From NCBI GenBank assembly GCA_964016885.1, contig OZ024749.1, forward strand, positions 29,946,001 through 30,010,000: a stretch of 64,000 bases of DNA, given 5' to 3'. The position numbers were made by a program, and so were the translations under genes. Of the stretch, positions 60,371 to 64,000 are shown piece after piece (within the stretch, counting starts at the first letter, position 1; each line of letters begins with the position of its first letter). Under the pieces are notes generated by a model. That model saw only the letters and a program-made list of their open reading frames with translations, was not told the origin of the DNA and made no database searches. This DNA is from Eledone cirrhosa (taxonomy: Eukaryota).

Positions 60371-60920
60371 GTTCATTTGCTTTGGGACGCCCACACATGA
60401 ACTATGTAGAATAATTACAGAAATCTCGATGGTGCGTCCACTTTCTCTCGGCTAGTCTACAAGCTGACTGGCTTTAAACCATGTATATACATATATGTTT
60501 ATTTTGTGTGTATATATATATATATATATATGTTTATGTGTATGTGTTTCTCAATTTCTTTACATTTTTCTTCGTTTACTGGTTTCAATCCTTTGACAGC
60601 GGCTAAGTAATGCTTGGGCACCGCTTTCAATGGATTTAGACAATAACGACCAGAGTCTGGTACTTAATAACACACACACATATATATATATATAGATAGA
60701 TGATAGATGTAGATATACATATATATATATATACATACATGCATATATATATATATACCAGTTGAAGAAGGTTGGTTGAGCAAAGATCTGCCTATTTATC
60801 TTATATAGTCCAGAAGCGGTTTTTGTTCCTTAGGATGTTCTCCACAAGGTATCGTCTGGAGTTTTAGTATAATAAATAAAAGAGACAGCTTTATTCGTAC
60901 ATCATCATTTTATTATCTAG

Positions 60921-60990
60921 TTCGTTATGCGTATTTCGTAGATATGAGTTAGTTATCTAATAACCACCTCACACGTTCTCTTCAGACGAA
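60921..60990 (-). ncRNA. Type I hammerhead motif within an imperfect inverted repeat (~60880-61120)
   Basis: Minus strand reads TTCGT-CTGAAGA-gaacGTGTGAGgtGGTTATtagATAACTaaCTCATATctac-GAAA-TACGCA-TA-ACGAA. Confidence 0.75.
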
Positions 60991-61141
60991 ACGAGTTGAA
61001 ATTTTCCATTGATATGCTACTAGTCCGAAGTGTAAGTTGGTTATTATATAACTACCTTACAATCTCGAAATACGAACTAGATAATAAAATGAAGATGTAC
61101 CAATAAAACCGTCACTGTTTAAACTTTAATCTGTTATTTTA

Positions 61142-61250
<109 letters not shown>

Positions 61251-61332
61251 CATATATATATATATATGTATATATTTATGTAATAACTCAACCATCCAAG
61301 CACTGAAACTCACATACACACACACATATATA

Positions 61333-61372
<40 letters not shown>

Positions 61373-61664
61373 GTGTGTGTGTGTGTTTATATAGGTATTA
61401 TCTTAAATGTAAATGTTACTGAAATATTGATACAGTTGTACAATTCTAAGTCATACTTTTCCTAATAAATTACATTACACACCTAATTTTTGTGTATTGA
61501 GTTCTTTCTTGCATTGTATTCTTCTGGATATAAATGGTTTGCGAACTTCTGTTATATATTTCTTTGTAAATTATTATTGTACCCATATGCATTGTTTGAT
61601 TGTGTATGTATATATATATGTAAACGTACATGTATGCAGCTTGATACACACACAGACACAGACA

Positions 61665-61800
<136 letters not shown>

Positions 61801-62174
61801 TTAGAGCAAACATCACGGACGCTCTATCTCAAAATTATTTTTGAAAAGCATTAGAAATGCGCAACCGTTAAAACTTAAAACCTAAACTGAATACAAACCA
61901 ATACTATTACTAATTCTCACTTATTCCTAATTAAACTATTTTTCACTGTGAACAATTTGCATATATATATATGTATATATATATACATATAAATATATAC
62001 AATTTGAATATATATATATATACATATATATACAATATATATATATACATATATATATATATACAATTTGAATATATATATATGTATATATATATATATA
62101 CATATATATACGTATATATATATACACACACACATACACACGCACGCACACACATATATATATATATGTATAAA

Positions 62175-62620
62175 AAAGTGCAGAGAGATCAAAATTGATG
62201 GAAGCTACGGAGTGGGTAGACCAAGGAAAGTTTGGGATCAGGTGAAAAAATCTGACCTTGCTCATTTACACCTCTCTAAGACAATATCACTGGGTCGAGA
62301 TCTTTGGTGCTATGCAGTTATACAGAAAACCCGCCTTCCCTTACATACGAACTTAAACCTACAATCAGTAGGCACCTCTTAACAAGAATCACCCAGTCCA
62401 CACTGTAAAGTGGTCGTGTAGGAGACACGGTAAAAACTCTCTCAGTCCACATTGTAAATGTGGTTGGGGTTAGGAAGGGCATCCAGCTAAAGAAAACCTG
62501 CCAGAAACAATTCTGTACGAGCGAGACACGGCCTCCCAACCAATTTTGTCTCAAGTGGGACAAACCCATCTAGCCCATACTAGCATGGCAGGTGAACGTT
62601 AAACGATGATGGTGATTATG
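62175..62620 (+). mobile_element. LINE 3' remnant (GRPRKVW motif) and associated SINE-like tail
   Basis: [29 protein letters not shown], then gttaggaagggcatccagc...cgttaaacgatgatg. Confidence 0.6.
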
Positions 62621-62697
62621 ATGATACGTAGGGAAGAATTTTCCTCCTACCAAACTTACTTGGGCAACAGAACAATTTGTACACCCGTACCTTCACG

Positions 62698-62741
<44 letters not shown>

Positions 62742-62760
62742 CTCACTATATAAATGTATG

Positions 62761-62814
<54 letters not shown>

Positions 62815-62815
62815 C

Positions 62816-62851
<36 letters not shown>

Positions 62852-62927
62852 GTATATATATACTACCGTAAGTATCGAGTACTCTGGTGCGTATGGTCCA
62901 CCTGGCTGCTTACCACACTTCCTTCAT

Positions 62928-62961
<34 letters not shown>

Positions 62962-62990
62962 TGTATGTATGTATGTATGTATGTATGTAT

Positions 62991-63467
62991 GGACTAAAAA
63001 CAAAACCTGTCAAAGGGCAAAGGAGCTCTTAAGAGTCAATGGCCATCCAAAATCACCGGGAGAGATGACCCCTTAGCCTTTGTCAAGGCAGAATTCTAGG
63101 AGAAGGAAAACTCTGATATAACACCTGCAACCCTGATGGTATCCAATGATGTTGACTTGTTCTTCCTTTTGGTAAATATCATCTTGGTTAAGAGAGTGGG
63201 ACTGGCTTTGTGCAGTGCCTTTGCTCACTATAAAAGCTTCATGGCACAGGCATTGCTTTATATCTGGAGATCTCTCTGCACTTGTCCTCACATGGTACCA
63301 TGGGCCCAGCACTATGTATCAATAATTGTCACAAGTGTAGTGTTTGTACCAGAGTTTTCAATACGCTGGCTGGACTAAAAAGTCACACTCGTTCAGCGCA
63401 TCGGTAGGGGTTCTCCTACATGGATATAAAGTAGTGGCCGTACTCGAAAACGAGTTGGCAGCCACCA
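62991..63467 (+). mobile_element. 5'-truncated copy of the 15825-16440 element in (TATG)n
   Basis: Reverse complement of ~15825-16310; (TATG)n on both sides. Confidence 0.85.
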
Positions 63468-63699
63468 TGTATGTATGTATGTATGTATGTATATACGTGT
63501 GTGTGTGCATGTGTGTGTGCATGTGTGTGTGTGCGTTTCAATACATTTCCACTATTCCTTTATTTATAGTCCTTTAACAGATTTCCGCCATAAATCACTT
63601 TATTTATCGATTTACTTTATCTATTTAAACAACATTTTTCATTTATTTATTCATTTTTCTTTTAACCTTTTCTTTTACCCTTTTATGTTAATTCCTTTC

Positions 63700-64000
63700 A
63701 GACGACCTCTATCTCACTCTTTTCAGCGCATTCAGAACATAATCTGGCAACATCTGCCTTTGAGAGAGATATATGCCGGCCTTGCACGCATATCTGTCGT
63801 TGTACGTAAAAGGAGATTAAGATTTGCTGGCCACTGCCATCGTGCCACCTACGAGGGTGTGTCCCCACTCTTATGCTTTGGAAACCACAATCAGTCACTA
63901 ATAACAGGGGGCGCAAGCTCTCCTATCCCGATGTCATCTCCAGAGATTCTGGTATTGAAATCCAGGACTTGGCAACGGCAATGAACGACAGACCCACGTA
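63700..64000 (+). mobile_element. RTE LINE 3' fragment related to 30441-32060
   Basis: RIQNIIWQH...IY..L.RIS...RRLRFAGHCHRA aligns with QNLSWKRH...IYGKL...RRAQFAGHCHRA. Confidence 0.8.

Overview
AT-rich, microsatellite-saturated animal genomic DNA. The repeat content looks cephalopod/Octopus-like (inference). The only host gene found is the 3' part of a rhodopsin-family neuropeptide-type GPCR on the + strand. It has four exons (7626-7749, 42426-42628, 45588-45711, 48097-48636) whose GT-AG phases join in frame, and a 34.7 kb intron. Most of the rest is mobile DNA: a near full-length Tx1/L1-clade LINE inside (TATC)n plus a diverged truncated relative, RTE and Dong/R4 LINE fragments, an RTE-tailed short element, many tRNA-derived SINEs, a deleted Helitron, a TTAA-flanked MITE and a decayed Naiad-type Penelope-like element (PLE). 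The most striking non-coding signal is a dense set of fold-back (inverted-repeat) elements next to (TA)n tracts. Many of them carry type I hammerhead ribozyme motifs, at least 10 largely complete ones from several sequence families, some with long or branched stem II. Most short ORFs in the supplied track are microsatellite artefacts. All folds and alignments were done by eye, so boundaries are approximate.
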